Assembly (NCBI GenBank): GCA_963825525.1
Contig: CAWGTN010000002.1
Location: 1,248,001-1,312,000 of the forward strand
From: an uncultured Chloroflexia bacterium
GTDB taxonomy: Bacteria > Chloroflexota > Limnocylindria > QHBO01
Length of the DNA stretch: 64,000 nucleotides
Reading direction: 5' to 3'
The stretch's first letter is position 1; every line of letters begins with the position of its first letter. Below are positions 38,486 to 48,414 of this stretch, in pieces. Made by a program: the position numbers and the translations under genes. The notes under the pieces were generated by a model, which was not told the DNA's origin, did no database searches, and was given only the letters and a program-made list of their open reading frames with translations.

Positions 38486-39589
38486 ATGCTGCTTCGCTGG
38501 ATTGCTGCCGTTGCCGTGTTTCTCGTCGTCGCCGCCATCGGCATCGTCGGCTTTGGAAACTTCGAAACAGGCATCGACCCCGAGAGCTTCTTCGATAGCG
38601 AGGGGGCGAACTCGTTCGCGCTCGTTCTTGCAATTGCCGTCATCGTCGGGTTCGTCGCCTACGCGCTGGTCGAGTATCTCCAGACGAGGGCCCTCGCGTC
38701 GATCTCTCGCCAGTTCGACACCCGCACCATCGTGCTCATGCCGGTGGCCATCGCGATCAACATCATCCTGGGCGCGGCGGTGGCCAATGCGCTGAAGCTG
38801 CCGATCTACCTCGACAGCATCGGCACCATCCTGGTCGGCGCTCTGGCCGGACCCATTCCGGGCGCCCTGACCGGGTTCCTCTCGAACCTGCTGTGGACCT
38901 ACGTGATTCCGCCTCCCTTCCAGAACGGTCCGGCCGCGGCATTCGCCATCGTGGCCGCGGTCATCGGCCTGCTCGCCGGACTGGCCGGCCGGATGGGCTG
39001 GCTGCGGCCGCGCCCGAATCGGCCCCTCGGGCAGCTCGGCGTCGGCGCGATCATCACTGTCGGCATCGTCCTGGGCATGTCCTACCTCGCCTACCTCGGC
39101 TGGACATCGCCCGCATTCGCCGGCGAGGTGAACCTCGACGTCGCGGGGTCGGATGCGATCTTCGCCGTCCTCGGCTGGATCGTCCTGCTCCTGGTGGCCG
39201 GGACCGTGATCGGGCTGCTGGCCATGCTCTTCGTGCGGCGTGACCTGACCGCGGCCTACGTGGTCGTCGCCGGTTTGGCGACCGGCATCGTGGCCGCCCT
39301 CATCAGCGCACCGATCAGCGCCGGCGTGTTCGGTGGCGTGACTGGCGGCGGCACGGACTTCCTGGTTGCCGCACTGCGCCAGGCGGGCGTCGATATCGGC
39401 GCTGCCACCCTTGGCCAGGGTCTGATCAGCGATCCGATCGACAAGATCACGACCTTCTTCGTCGTCTACCTGATCCTCAGCGCCATGGCTCGCCGGACGA
39501 AGGCTCGCTTCCCGCAGGGCGAGCGCCTGATCGACGCCGAGGAGTCCGTCGTCGACGACTCAGGAGAGTGGCGGGGAGCGCCGGCCTGA
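38486..39589 (+). CDS. ECF transporter substrate-binding (S) component, unusually long
   Basis: PVAIAINI..LKLPIYLDSIGT..GP..G, SAPI..FGG.T.GG.D, DPIDK; adjacent T and two ATPase genes. Confidence 0.8.
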   Translation: MLLRWIAAVAVFLVVAAIGIVGFGNFETGIDPESFFDSEGANSFALVLAIAVIVGFVAYALVEYLQTRALASISRQFDTRTIVLMPVAIAINIILGAAVANALKLPIYLDSIGTILVGALAGPIPGALTGFLSNLLWTYVIPPPFQNGPAAAFAIVAAVIGLLAGLAGRMGWLRPRPNRPLGQLGVGAIITVGIVLGMSYLAYLGWTSPAFAGEVNLDVAGSDAIFAVLGWIVLLLVAGTVIGLLAMLFVRRDLTAAYVVVAGLATGIVAALISAPISAGVFGGVTGGGTDFLVAALRQAGVDIGAATLGQGLISDPIDKITTFFVVYLILSAMARRTKARFPQGERLIDAEESVVDDSGEWRGAPA

Positions 39590-40395
39590 CCGCGGCACAC
39601 TCCGCGGGCCGGGGCATTCCCGACTTCCTGGGGCGCCCCGGCCCGAGCGCCTTCCATCGGCTCAACCCGCTCACCAAGGCGACGCTGGCCACGGTGACCG
39701 CCATCGCCGCGGTGGCCCTCGGCGGGCTCGCGGGGCCGGCGATTCTCGTGCTGGTGGCCGTGATCCTGCCGGCGCTGGTGGCCGAGGTCCTGGGCCGTCT
39801 GACGCGCACGGCGCTGCTGCTCGCGCTCCCCATCGCCGTCTCCGCGTTTCTCGTGAACCTCTTCTTCTTTCCGGGCGGCAGCACGGTGCTCTTTCAGTTC
39901 GGCCCGATCTCGGCCACCCTCGAGGGGCTCCGATTCGCTCTCGAGATCCTGGCGCGGATCCTCGCCATCAGCGGCGCGGTCACGCTCTTCTACCTGACCA
40001 CGCGCCCCGCGTCCCTGGTCATCGACCTCGAACGGCGGGGAGTCAGCTCGCGCGTGGGATTCGTTGCCAACGCATCGGTCCAGACCGTGCCCGCCATGGT
40101 CGAGCGCGCGTCACAGATCACGGCCGCGCAACGGGCGCGCGGGCTCGACACCGAGGGCGGTGTGTGGCGCCGCATTCGAGGCATCGTTCCGATCGTGGGG
40201 CCGGTGATCCTCGGCTCGATCGCGGAGGTCGAGGAGCGCACCATGGCCCTCGAGGCACGCGGATTCACGCGACCCGGGCGTCGGACGCTGCTGTGGGCGC
40301 CGCCTGACTCGGGACTCCAGGCCGCCGCTCGCTGGGCGATGGTCCTCGGCCTCGTCGCGCTGATCGTGGCGCGCGTCTCCGGGGTCCTGGCATGA
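39568..40395 (+). CDS. ECF transporter transmembrane (T) component
   Basis: HRLNPLTK; the two conserved Arg motifs AQRARG and LEARG. Confidence 0.9.
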   Translation: MAGSAGLTAAHSAGRGIPDFLGRPGPSAFHRLNPLTKATLATVTAIAAVALGGLAGPAILVLVAVILPALVAEVLGRLTRTALLLALPIAVSAFLVNLFFFPGGSTVLFQFGPISATLEGLRFALEILARILAISGAVTLFYLTTRPASLVIDLERRGVSSRVGFVANASVQTVPAMVERASQITAAQRARGLDTEGGVWRRIRGIVPIVGPVILGSIAEVEERTMALEARGFTRPGRRTLLWAPPDSGLQAAARWAMVLGLVALIVARVSGVLA

Positions 40396-41201
40396 CGCTC
40401 CAGCTCATCGGCGTCGGCTATCGCTACGCCGGATCGTCGAAGGCGGCCCTGCTTGATATCGACTTGTCATTGGACAACGGCGAGGTCGTGGGCGTCGTGG
40501 GCCCGTCCGAAGCGGGCAAGACGACCCTCTGCCTGGTGGCGGCCGGCCTCGCGCCGCGCACCGTGGGCGGGCAGGTGCGCGGGAAGATCCTGCTGGATGG
40601 TGATGCCGTCGATGACTGGCCGATGCATCGGCTCAGTGCGCAGATCGGCATCGGGTTCCAGAATCCGACGACGCAGCTGTCGCAGGTGGCCGCAACCGTA
40701 TTCGAGGAGGTCGCCTTCGGCCCGATGAACCTGGGCGTGGCTCGTGACGAGGTCGTGGCGCAGACCTGGACGGCGCTCGAGACGCTCCGCATCGATGGGC
40801 TGGCGGAACGTGATCCACTGCGATTGTCGGGCGGCCAGCAGCAGCTCGTCGCGATGGCCGGGTTGCTGGCGATGCGACCGAAGTATCTCGTCCTCGACGA
40901 GCCGACGGCGCAGCTCGACCCTGCCGGCACGCGGCTGGTGGCCGAGGCCATCGCCCGACTGGCGGACGACGGTGCGAGCATCCTCATCGCGGAGCAGAAG
41001 ACCGACCTCCTTGCCGAGATCGCCCGGCGGGTGGTGGTGCTGGATGGCGGGCGCATCGCCATGCAGGGTCCGGCGGGCGAGGTCCTCGCCGATCCGGGTC
41101 TTGGCGAGCTCGGCGTGCCGCTGCCCGCCTGGGTCGAGCTTCGGCGCAGGGCCGATGCCGCGGGCATCGATGTCGAGCGGCTGGAGCCTGCTCGTGGTTG
41201 A
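40392..41201 (+). CDS. ECF transporter ATPase A
   Basis: GPSEAGKTT, FQNP, LSGGQQQ, LDEPTAQLD. Confidence 0.92.
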   Translation: MTLQLIGVGYRYAGSSKAALLDIDLSLDNGEVVGVVGPSEAGKTTLCLVAAGLAPRTVGGQVRGKILLDGDAVDDWPMHRLSAQIGIGFQNPTTQLSQVAATVFEEVAFGPMNLGVARDEVVAQTWTALETLRIDGLAERDPLRLSGGQQQLVAMAGLLAMRPKYLVLDEPTAQLDPAGTRLVAEAIARLADDGASILIAEQKTDLLAEIARRVVVLDGGRIAMQGPAGEVLADPGLGELGVPLPAWVELRRRADAAGIDVERLEPARG

Positions 41202-42007
41202 CCTGCGCTGTGAGGGGCTGGTCCACGTCTATCGCGACGGAGGGGTCCGGGCACTGGACGGTGTCGACCTGCAGGTGCGGGCCGGCGAGCGCGTTGCGCT
41301 GATCGGGCAGAACGGCAGCGGCAAGACGACCCTGGTCCGGCATCTCAACGGCCTGCTGCGGCCAACCGAGGGCTCGGTCCTGGTGGACGGTGCCGATGCG
41401 GGGACGCTGACGGTGGCGCAGCTTGCCGCCCGGGTGGGCCTCGTCTTCCAGGACCCGGATCGCCAGATCTTCGCGAGCTCGGTCCAGGCCGAGGTGGAGT
41501 TCGGTCCGCGCAACCTGGGACGCTCCGGGCCGGAGCTGCGCTCGGCCGTCGCCGATGCCCTGCGCGCGACCGGCCTCGAGGCCGATACGTCCACCAACCC
41601 CTACGATCTCGGCCAGTCCCGCCGCAAGCTGCTGGCCCTCGCCTCGGTCCTGGCCATGAGCACCCCGGTCATCGTGCTCGACGAGCCGACCACCGGCCAG
41701 GATGCTCGCGGGGTGGAGCGGGTGCGTCGAGTGATCGATGCGGCCGCGGCCGCAGGCCGCACCGTCATCGCCATCAGCCACGACATGCGATTCGTCGCCG
41801 AGGCATTCGAGCGCGTGGTGGTCATGCGGAGCGGCAGCGTGATCCTGGATGGGACGCCCGCCGAGGTCTTCGCCGATGCGTCATCGGCAGCCCTGGAGTC
41901 AACGTACCTCGAGCCGCCACTCGCGGCCCGGTTGGGACATCGGCTCGGGACTGGGCCCGACGCCGACGGACGCCAGCCTGATCGCTCGGCTGGCCGCCGG
42001 TCAGTAG
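41194..42007 (+). CDS. ECF transporter ATPase A' (apparent frameshift near 41949)
   Basis: GQNGSGKTT, FQDPD, LDEPTTGQD, SHDM; the corrected end reads GPTPTDASLIARLAAGQ*. Confidence 0.88.
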
Positions 42008-42444
42008 AAGCCGGGTGGGGGCGGCAGCGGGCGGCCTTCGGCGTCGACCCGATCGGACTCGGGGAGATCGTCGCGATGCTCGCGCTCGCCCTGCGGTCCC
42101 GGGATCGGGAGCGCCATGATCGACGACGGCACCTCGTCCAAACGGTCAGTGATGCCGCGGAGCCCCAGCCGGCGGAGTGCGGGGGCAAATCGATCGGCAA
42201 AGTCCTCGCTGCGCAGGAGCGCGAACATGAGCGATGAGTGGGCGCGGTTCAGGAGCTCGATCGCGCGAGCACCCTCCGACGCGTTGACCTGGTTCAGACC
42301 GAGCTGGTTGTCGAGAATATCGATGGCCCGATTCGCCTCGCGGCGCGTCTGCCGGCTGAAGTGGGGGGTACGGTTGACGAGCACGCGTGTGCGGTAGAGC
42401 GCGTCGCGCACGCGACTGTCACGATCGAGGTGGCCCTGGGTCAT
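42001..42444 (-). CDS. hypothetical helical protein
   Basis: ORF from MTQGHLDRD with TAGTAT 7 nt upstream; coding-like codon usage. Confidence 0.65.
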   Translation of the reverse strand: MTQGHLDRDSRVRDALYRTRVLVNRTPHFSRQTRREANRAIDILDNQLGLNQVNASEGARAIELLNRAHSSLMFALLRSEDFADRFAPALRRLGLRGITDRLDEVPSSIMALPIPGPQGEREHRDDLPESDRVDAEGRPLPPPPGFY

Positions 42445-43105
42445 GAAGCGAATACTACGCGCTGAGGCCGGATGGCAGGAGGCCATCGCCGATGCCGTTC
42501 GCCGCGCGCCGCGCCCGATCCCCCATGACGAGCGCCTCATGGCGCGGGCGACCCTGGACGATGGATCGCGCCGGTCGTATGACCGGGCTGGCTTTCCGCC
42601 GGCGCGCCACGCATCGACCCTGCTCGCCATCTATCCGCTGGCCGACGGCCGGCTGGCCGTGCCCCTCACCGTCCGGCACGCGGACATGCGGACGCACGCC
42701 GGTGAAGTGTCGCTGCCCGGAGGCGCGGTGGACCCCGGGGATGCCAGCCCGGAGGCGGCCGCCCTCCGTGAGGCATCGGAGGAGATCGGCCTGGACCCCG
42801 CCCTGGTGACGGTGGTTGGCGCGCTCGACGACGTCTGGATTCCGGGCAGCAACTTCGAGCTGCGGCCCTTCGTCGGGACGATCGGCGAGCACCCGATCCT
42901 GGTTCCGCACGACGCCGAGGTGGCGGCCCTGGTCGAGATGCCGCTCGAGGCCCTGTTCGACGACGGCGTCATCGGCATCGAGGAGTTCAGCACTCGAGGA
43001 CTCACCATCCGGGCCGGCGCGTATCGCTACGGAGGCGTGCGAGTGTGGGGTGCGACCGCCTTCACGCTCGGGATGCTCGCCCACGTCCTTAGTGGAGAGG
43101 ACTGA
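42443..43105 (+). CDS. Nudix hydrolase, CoA pyrophosphatase family
   Basis: HAGEVSLPGG, AALREASEEIG, VWGATA; start uncertain. Confidence 0.9.
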   Translation: MKRILRAEAGWQEAIADAVRRAPRPIPHDERLMARATLDDGSRRSYDRAGFPPARHASTLLAIYPLADGRLAVPLTVRHADMRTHAGEVSLPGGAVDPGDASPEAAALREASEEIGLDPALVTVVGALDDVWIPGSNFELRPFVGTIGEHPILVPHDAEVAALVEMPLEALFDDGVIGIEEFSTRGLTIRAGAYRYGGVRVWGATAFTLGMLAHVLSGED

Positions 43106-43111
43106 CCACCG

Positions 43112-43942
43112 TCAGCGGCGGGTCTGCAACCTGGTCTTGAGGCTGGCGAGCAGGTCCAGGATCGCGCGCTGCTGGGCCGGGGGTGCGGCCACGACGCTGG
43201 TTCGCGGTCCACGAAGGCTCGGATTCCACCACGGGCCGCCGGATACGTCAGTGACGGTGGCGCCCGATCGCTCGGCGATGAGCCCGGCCGCCGCCACGTC
43301 CCACGGCGAAAGGCCGCCGTTCTGGACGAACGCGTCGAAGCGGCCGTTGGCGACGTAGACGAGCGCCAGCGCCGCGCTGCCCATGCGCCGATGGATGCGG
43401 ATGAGCGGCGCGATCTTCCGCTCGCGTGCCAGGCCGCCGCGCCCGATGACGGCCAGGCTGACGACATAGTCGGAGAGACTCTCCTTGCTCGACGTCACGA
43501 TCTCCTCTCCGTCGAGGGTCGCCGGCCCGTCGAGGGTGGCCGCGTACATGTCGTCGCGGGCCGGATCGAACACCACGCCGACGGTCGGGACGTCGTCGAC
43601 CACCAGGCCGATGCTGACGCAGTAGTACGGGATGCCGTTCGCGTAGTTCACGGTTCCGTCGAGCGGATCGATGACCCAGGTGCGGCCATTGTGGGAGCCG
43701 TCGTCACGCAGCACGCCGGCATGTTCGCCCGACTCCTCGGCGAGGATCGCGTCGCCGGGGTAGCGCGCCCTGATGGCGTCGATCACCAGCCGTTCCGACG
43801 CGTAGTCCGCATCGGTGACCACGTCGCGCTTGCTCTTGTAGTCGATGCGCTCGAGGCGCTCGTAACTGTCGGTCAGCACCACGCCGGCACGCCGAGCGAG
43901 GTCCGTGGTGAATGCGAGCTCATCGGCCCATCGGCTGGTCAT
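43112..43942 (-). CDS. inositol monophosphatase family (SuhB-like)
   Basis: VTDAD, AEES, WVIDPLDGTVNY, GSAAL, WDVAAA. Confidence 0.92.
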   Translation of the reverse strand: MTSRWADELAFTTDLARRAGVVLTDSYERLERIDYKSKRDVVTDADYASERLVIDAIRARYPGDAILAEESGEHAGVLRDDGSHNGRTWVIDPLDGTVNYANGIPYYCVSIGLVVDDVPTVGVVFDPARDDMYAATLDGPATLDGEEIVTSSKESLSDYVVSLAVIGRGGLARERKIAPLIRIHRRMGSAALALVYVANGRFDAFVQNGGLSPWDVAAAGLIAERSGATVTDVSGGPWWNPSLRGPRTSVVAAPPAQQRAILDLLASLKTRLQTRR

Positions 43943-43970
43943 CAGGTGACCGATCCTACCCCGTCGGCCG

Positions 43971-44465
43971 TCAGGCGGGTCCGTCGTCGTCCGATGCGGG
44001 AGGGTTGGGGGGTGCGGTATCAGAGTCGCCTTGCTGGATGAAGCTGATCTTGCCGCGAGGCTCAAGGATGCCCCACGCCACATCGCGCATCCGGACGATG
44101 CCGGCCAGCCGCATCTCGGACTCGATCTCGGAGAGGGTGAGGCGATTGCGCCGGAGGTTGGCCTCGAGGAGCTCGCCGTCGCGGATGATGACCCGTGGCT
44201 CGCCGACCAGGAAACGCTCGGCCCGCGGGCTGAGATACCCGAACCAGCTGAACACCAGGGCCCAGAACGCGATGGCCGACACCGCGATGATCGCGCCGGT
44301 CAGGCTGAAATCGTTCTGCGTCACTCCCTGCTGGATGAGGTCGCCGATCACCACGAGCACGATCAGCTCGAAGGGTGTCATCTGGCCGAGCTCGCGCTTT
44401 CCCATCAGCCGCACCAGCAGATAGAGCGCGAAGAAGATGACAGTTGCGCGGAGGACGATGTCCAT
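43971..44465 (-). CDS. DUF421 (YetF-like) membrane protein
   Basis: GKRELGQMTPFE, GEPRVIIRDG, ILEPRGKIS. Confidence 0.88.
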   Translation of the reverse strand: MDIVLRATVIFFALYLLVRLMGKRELGQMTPFELIVLVVIGDLIQQGVTQNDFSLTGAIIAVSAIAFWALVFSWFGYLSPRAERFLVGEPRVIIRDGELLEANLRRNRLTLSEIESEMRLAGIVRMRDVAWGILEPRGKISFIQQGDSDTAPPNPPASDDDGPA

Positions 44466-45004
44466 CAGGGAAGCACGACGATGTCAATGGCGGCGTCCAC
44501 GATCGGCTCGTCTCCGTCGTAGACCGTGATCGCCCCGGAGTTGCCCGCAACGATGTCGGGGTTCACCTGGAGATCAGCCTTGAGCATGAACTCGGTTCCC
44601 GGATTCATCGGACCGAACGTGAATCGAAACTCGCCGTCGACGGACTCCTCGTCCGTGGCGGCAGGGATCATCGTGTTCACCGTCATGTCCTCCCACAGTG
44701 ATCGCCGTACGCCGATGACCAGCTCGCCGATGCGCCGATCACTCTCAACCCCGATGCGCATCTCGAGAAATTCGCCATTTCGGATGGTCTCCGGCGAGTC
44801 GATCGTCAGCACGACGTCGTCTGCCTCCGCGCTCCAGGTGCGCTCGTGCCCCAGAACGCCCGTCAATCCGAGAATCAGGACGAGGCCGAACACAACCACG
44901 GAGAGGGGGCTTGCATGCCGCCGCCAGCCCTTGATCGGGCGGATGTGCCCTTCGTAGATGCCGTCGGGCGGCGCCGGCAGCTCGTGCGACTTCGTCACAC
45001 GCAT
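44465..45004 (-). CDS. hypothetical single-TM protein coupled to the DUF421 gene
   Basis: One TM helix then a beta-rich domain; TGATG overlap; start uncertain. Confidence 0.65.
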   Translation of the reverse strand: MRVTKSHELPAPPDGIYEGHIRPIKGWRRHASPLSVVVFGLVLILGLTGVLGHERTWSAEADDVVLTIDSPETIRNGEFLEMRIGVESDRRIGELVIGVRRSLWEDMTVNTMIPAATDEESVDGEFRFTFGPMNPGTEFMLKADLQVNPDIVAGNSGAITVYDGDEPIVDAAIDIVVLP

Positions 45005-45079
45005 CCGCAAAGCAATCTGCGGGCCAACCGGGGCATCCCGATAAGCGGCCGACAACTCGCTGGTACGCGGGCGTCTGGC

Positions 45080-45102
45080 AGTGTGCAAGTCTCTTGCACA
45101 CT
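45080..45102. promoter_or_regulatory. perfect palindrome, probable operator
   Basis: AGTGTGCAAG-tct-CTTGCACACT between divergent genes, overlapping the GntR start. Confidence 0.5.
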
Positions 45103-45828
45103 CCGTCGGTCGAGGCCGCCCGATTCCTTTCACGGTCTCGCCAGCCCTTACCCCAACAGATCGCCGACCAGCTGCGCCGGCAGATCGTTCGCGGCGAGCT
45201 TCGGATCGGCCAGAAGCTTCCGTCCATTCGCAAGCTCGCGGGTCTCTACGGGGTGAGCATCCCGACGATGGGCGCCGCGGTTCACGTCCTGGTTGCGCTC
45301 GGCCTAATCCGGACGTCCCACGGCATCGGCACGTTCGTCACAGGGCCCGGCCATCGGGCCAGCTTGCTCAATTACGCCTGGCGAGAAGCCTCGCTGCGGG
45401 AGTTGGCCATCGTTCGCTCGGCGATCGACGAGCGCGCCCCGGCCCTGTTCGCGAATCGCATGCGAACGTATCGGAGTGCGGTGCCGACGAGCGCGGTTTC
45501 CGACCTCAATTTCTTCGCCGTCGAGCGATCCGCCCGACGCCGTGGGGCTGCGGACCGCTTTGTGACGGCAGACCTGGCATTTCACCGCGCCATGCTTGAC
45601 GGGCTGCAGGGCATCGAGATCGGCCGCGTCCTGTATGAGCGCATTGGCGAGCGATTGCGGCCGACGCTCGAAGCCGCGGCCGCTGACATGGCCGAGGCCG
45701 AGGAGCTTGATCTCGCACACCGGGCGCTGGCACATGCCGTAGCGGATGGTGACCTGCCGCGCGCGGTGCGGACCTCACGATTCATGGCGCGGCGCGAGCT
45801 CCACTCAACGAACGTGGCGCTCGGCTAG
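45094..45828 (+). CDS. GntR (FadR subfamily) transcriptional regulator
   Basis: QIADQLRRQIVRGEL..KLPSIRKLAGLYGVS..GIGTFV; FCD-like DLAFH; TTG start uncertain. Confidence 0.85.
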   Translation: MHTPSVEAARFLSRSRQPLPQQIADQLRRQIVRGELRIGQKLPSIRKLAGLYGVSIPTMGAAVHVLVALGLIRTSHGIGTFVTGPGHRASLLNYAWREASLRELAIVRSAIDERAPALFANRMRTYRSAVPTSAVSDLNFFAVERSARRRGAADRFVTADLAFHRAMLDGLQGIEIGRVLYERIGERLRPTLEAAAADMAEAEELDLAHRALAHAVADGDLPRAVRTSRFMARRELHSTNVALG

Positions 45829-45838
45829 GCTTACGCGC

Positions 45839-46564
45839 ATGCCACAGATCCACCTTCGCGCCGAGGAGGGCGATTACGCGCCTCTCGTCCTTCTGCCTGG
45901 CGATCCCAATCGCGCGCGCCGCATCTCCGAACGATTCGACTCCGGGTCGGCTCGGCTTGTGAACGACCATCGCGGAATGTTCGGCTACACCGGCACCTAT
46001 CACGGAACTCCGGTGAGCGTCCAGACCAGTGGGATGGGCACTCCCAGCCTCAGCATCGTGGTCGAAGAGCTACTGCGCTACGGAGCGAATCGGCTCATCC
46101 GTGTCGGGACGTGCGGCGGGATCGCCAAGGGCCTGAAGACCGGCGACCTGGTGATCGCAACGGCCTCCTGCCCGGTTGACGGTGCAACGGCCACCTATCT
46201 CCACGGCGAGGCATATGCGCCGGCCGCCGACTTCTCCCTGACGCGAGCCCTGGTTGACGCCGCCGCTGCAGCCGGGATCGGGGCTCGCACCGGGCTCGTG
46301 GCATCCGTCGACGTCTTCTACAACACCGACGATGACTATGCCCAGCGATGGGCGGACCGAGGGGTGCTGGCCTTCGAGATGGAGGCGTCAGCACTCTTCT
46401 TCCTCGCCGCGCGTGCCGGCGTGCAGGCCGCGTGTGCGCTCACCGTCAGCGACGTCCTCGGTGCCGACGCCACCAGCGAAGAGACCTACATGCCGCTGGA
46501 TGAGCTGGATCGCGCCATCGACCGAATGATCGATGTGGCGCTGGAGGCCGGCGCCGCCGGCTGA
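45839..46564 (+). CDS. deoD: purine nucleoside phosphorylase (DeoD type)
   Basis: LLPGDPNRA, GMGTPS, RVGTCG, FEMEA, TVSD. Confidence 0.9.
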   Translation: MPQIHLRAEEGDYAPLVLLPGDPNRARRISERFDSGSARLVNDHRGMFGYTGTYHGTPVSVQTSGMGTPSLSIVVEELLRYGANRLIRVGTCGGIAKGLKTGDLVIATASCPVDGATATYLHGEAYAPAADFSLTRALVDAAAAAGIGARTGLVASVDVFYNTDDDYAQRWADRGVLAFEMEASALFFLAARAGVQAACALTVSDVLGADATSEETYMPLDELDRAIDRMIDVALEAGAAG

Positions 46565-46616
46565 GGCGGCATCGGTCCTGCGGTAGACTCGATCCGCTCG
46601 AAGGGAGGCTCTCCTC

Positions 46617-47783
46617 ATGGCCGATACGATCACGCGCGGTGCCGCGAACCAGGCCGGCGCCATCATCAACAAGAACGCGGCAGCCGAGGCGCAGGACTTC
46701 CTGCCGCTGAAGGGGATCGACCACGTCGAGTTCTGGGTCGGCAACGCCAAGCAGGCGGCCCACTACTACCGCGCCCTGTGGGGCTTCACCCCGGTCGCCT
46801 ACGCGGGTCTCGAGACCGGCGTGCGCGATCGTTCGAGCTTCGTGATGGTCCAGAACGACATCCGCTTCGTGTTCACCGCACCGCTCACGTCGGACGGCGA
46901 GATCGCGGAGCACGTGGCGAAGCACGGAGACGGTGTCCACGACATCGCCTTCGCGGTGGACGATGTCACCTCCGCGTGGGAAGAGACCACGAAGCGCGGA
47001 GCCCGATCGGCCCAGGAGCCCACCGACCTCGAGGGCAAGAAGGGCATCCTGCGTCGCAGCGCAATTCATACCTACGGCGAGGTGATCCACTCGTTCGTCG
47101 ATCGGTCCGACTACCACGGGACGTTTGCGCCCGGCTATCACCGGATCGCGGAACCGGCACCATCGGCGACCGGGCAGAGCCTGCTGGAGGTCGATCACTG
47201 CGTCGGGAACGTTGACCTCGGCGACATGAACAAGTTCGTCGACTTCTACAAGGAGACGCTCGGCTTCGCGCAGCTCATCCACTACGACGACAAGGTCATC
47301 CACACCGACTATTCGGCGCTGATGAGCAAGGTGATGCAGAACGGGAACGGCCGCATCAAGTTCCCGATCAATGAGCCGGCGGCCGGCAAGAAGAAGAGCC
47401 AGATCCAGGAGTTCCTCGACTACTACCTCGACGCCGGGACGCAGCACATCGCCCTGCGCACCGAGGACATCGTGGGAACGGTCCGCGTCCTGCGCGAGCG
47501 CGGCGTCGAGTTTCTCGGCATGCCCCACGCCTACTACGAGACGCTCCCCGACAGGGTGGGCGATGTGGGCGTACCGATCGAGACGCTCGAGGAGCTCGGC
47601 ATCGAGGCCGATCGCGACGAGGAGGGCTACCTGCTCCAGATCTTCACCCGCCCGGTGCAGGATCGGCCGACCTTCTTCTTCGAGATCATCGAGCGCCACG
47701 GCTCCCGCGGCTTCGGCGTCGGCAACTTCAAGGCACTCTTCGAGGCGATCGAGATCGAACAGGCGCGGCGCGGCAACCTCTAG
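46617..47783 (+). CDS. hppD: 4-hydroxyphenylpyruvate dioxygenase
   Basis: DHVEFWVGNAKQ, DHCVGN, QHIA, LLQIFT, FFEII, GFGVGNFKALFEAIE. Confidence 0.96.
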   Translation: MADTITRGAANQAGAIINKNAAAEAQDFLPLKGIDHVEFWVGNAKQAAHYYRALWGFTPVAYAGLETGVRDRSSFVMVQNDIRFVFTAPLTSDGEIAEHVAKHGDGVHDIAFAVDDVTSAWEETTKRGARSAQEPTDLEGKKGILRRSAIHTYGEVIHSFVDRSDYHGTFAPGYHRIAEPAPSATGQSLLEVDHCVGNVDLGDMNKFVDFYKETLGFAQLIHYDDKVIHTDYSALMSKVMQNGNGRIKFPINEPAAGKKKSQIQEFLDYYLDAGTQHIALRTEDIVGTVRVLRERGVEFLGMPHAYYETLPDRVGDVGVPIETLEELGIEADRDEEGYLLQIFTRPVQDRPTFFFEIIERHGSRGFGVGNFKALFEAIEIEQARRGNL

Positions 47784-48414
47784 GCGCGACCGGGGGGATG
47801 CGGGCGCGTGAATGGGGTCGATGTCATCCGCGCCGGGCGCTCGGCATCTTCCTGTCCGCGGTCGCATCTCCTCGGCGAGCTGCGGCTTTCCCAGGTCGGG
47901 ATCACCTCCGCGGTGGGTCAACTGATCGCGGAGGCGCTGCCGGCATGCGCGTGGGGGACGTTGGTCGATGGCGACGGGGACGGGATGGGCAGCGCGTGAG
48001 GCCGCCTCCGACGGGGCCCGCTCCGAGGGACTGTGGCACCGAGCACAGCGTTCACGGCCAGGGTCTCGATCCCGTTGCCTCCTGTTGATGCCTTCGTGGA
48101 CGGGCGGGACGGCTGATCGTCGATCACGACGGCGACAAGTATCGAGGGTGATCCGATCACGCGCTACGTGCGCGTCCATGCGAGCGTGCCGGTTGAGCTC
48201 TATGTCGACTGCGCGGCGGGATAGGTTCGGCAGCGGTACATCGAGCTGATCGCCGGTGCGAGCGGCTCGTCCCGGTCGCGGAGTAGAACGATCCGCCCGG
48301 TGCCTTCGTCCCGGCGGAGGACGTGTTCGTGCGAGATGGGATGCGAGCAGGTCGGCACCAACTGACTCCGCGGCCCGCGCCCGATCGACGGGCATCGGGT
48401 AGCATCGGCCCTTC

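Noticed and set aside
48100-48414. T-box riboswitch upstream of proS
   Set aside because: No AAGGTGGNACC-type T-box sequence or terminator; a -10 hexamer lies 9 nt before the ATG instead.
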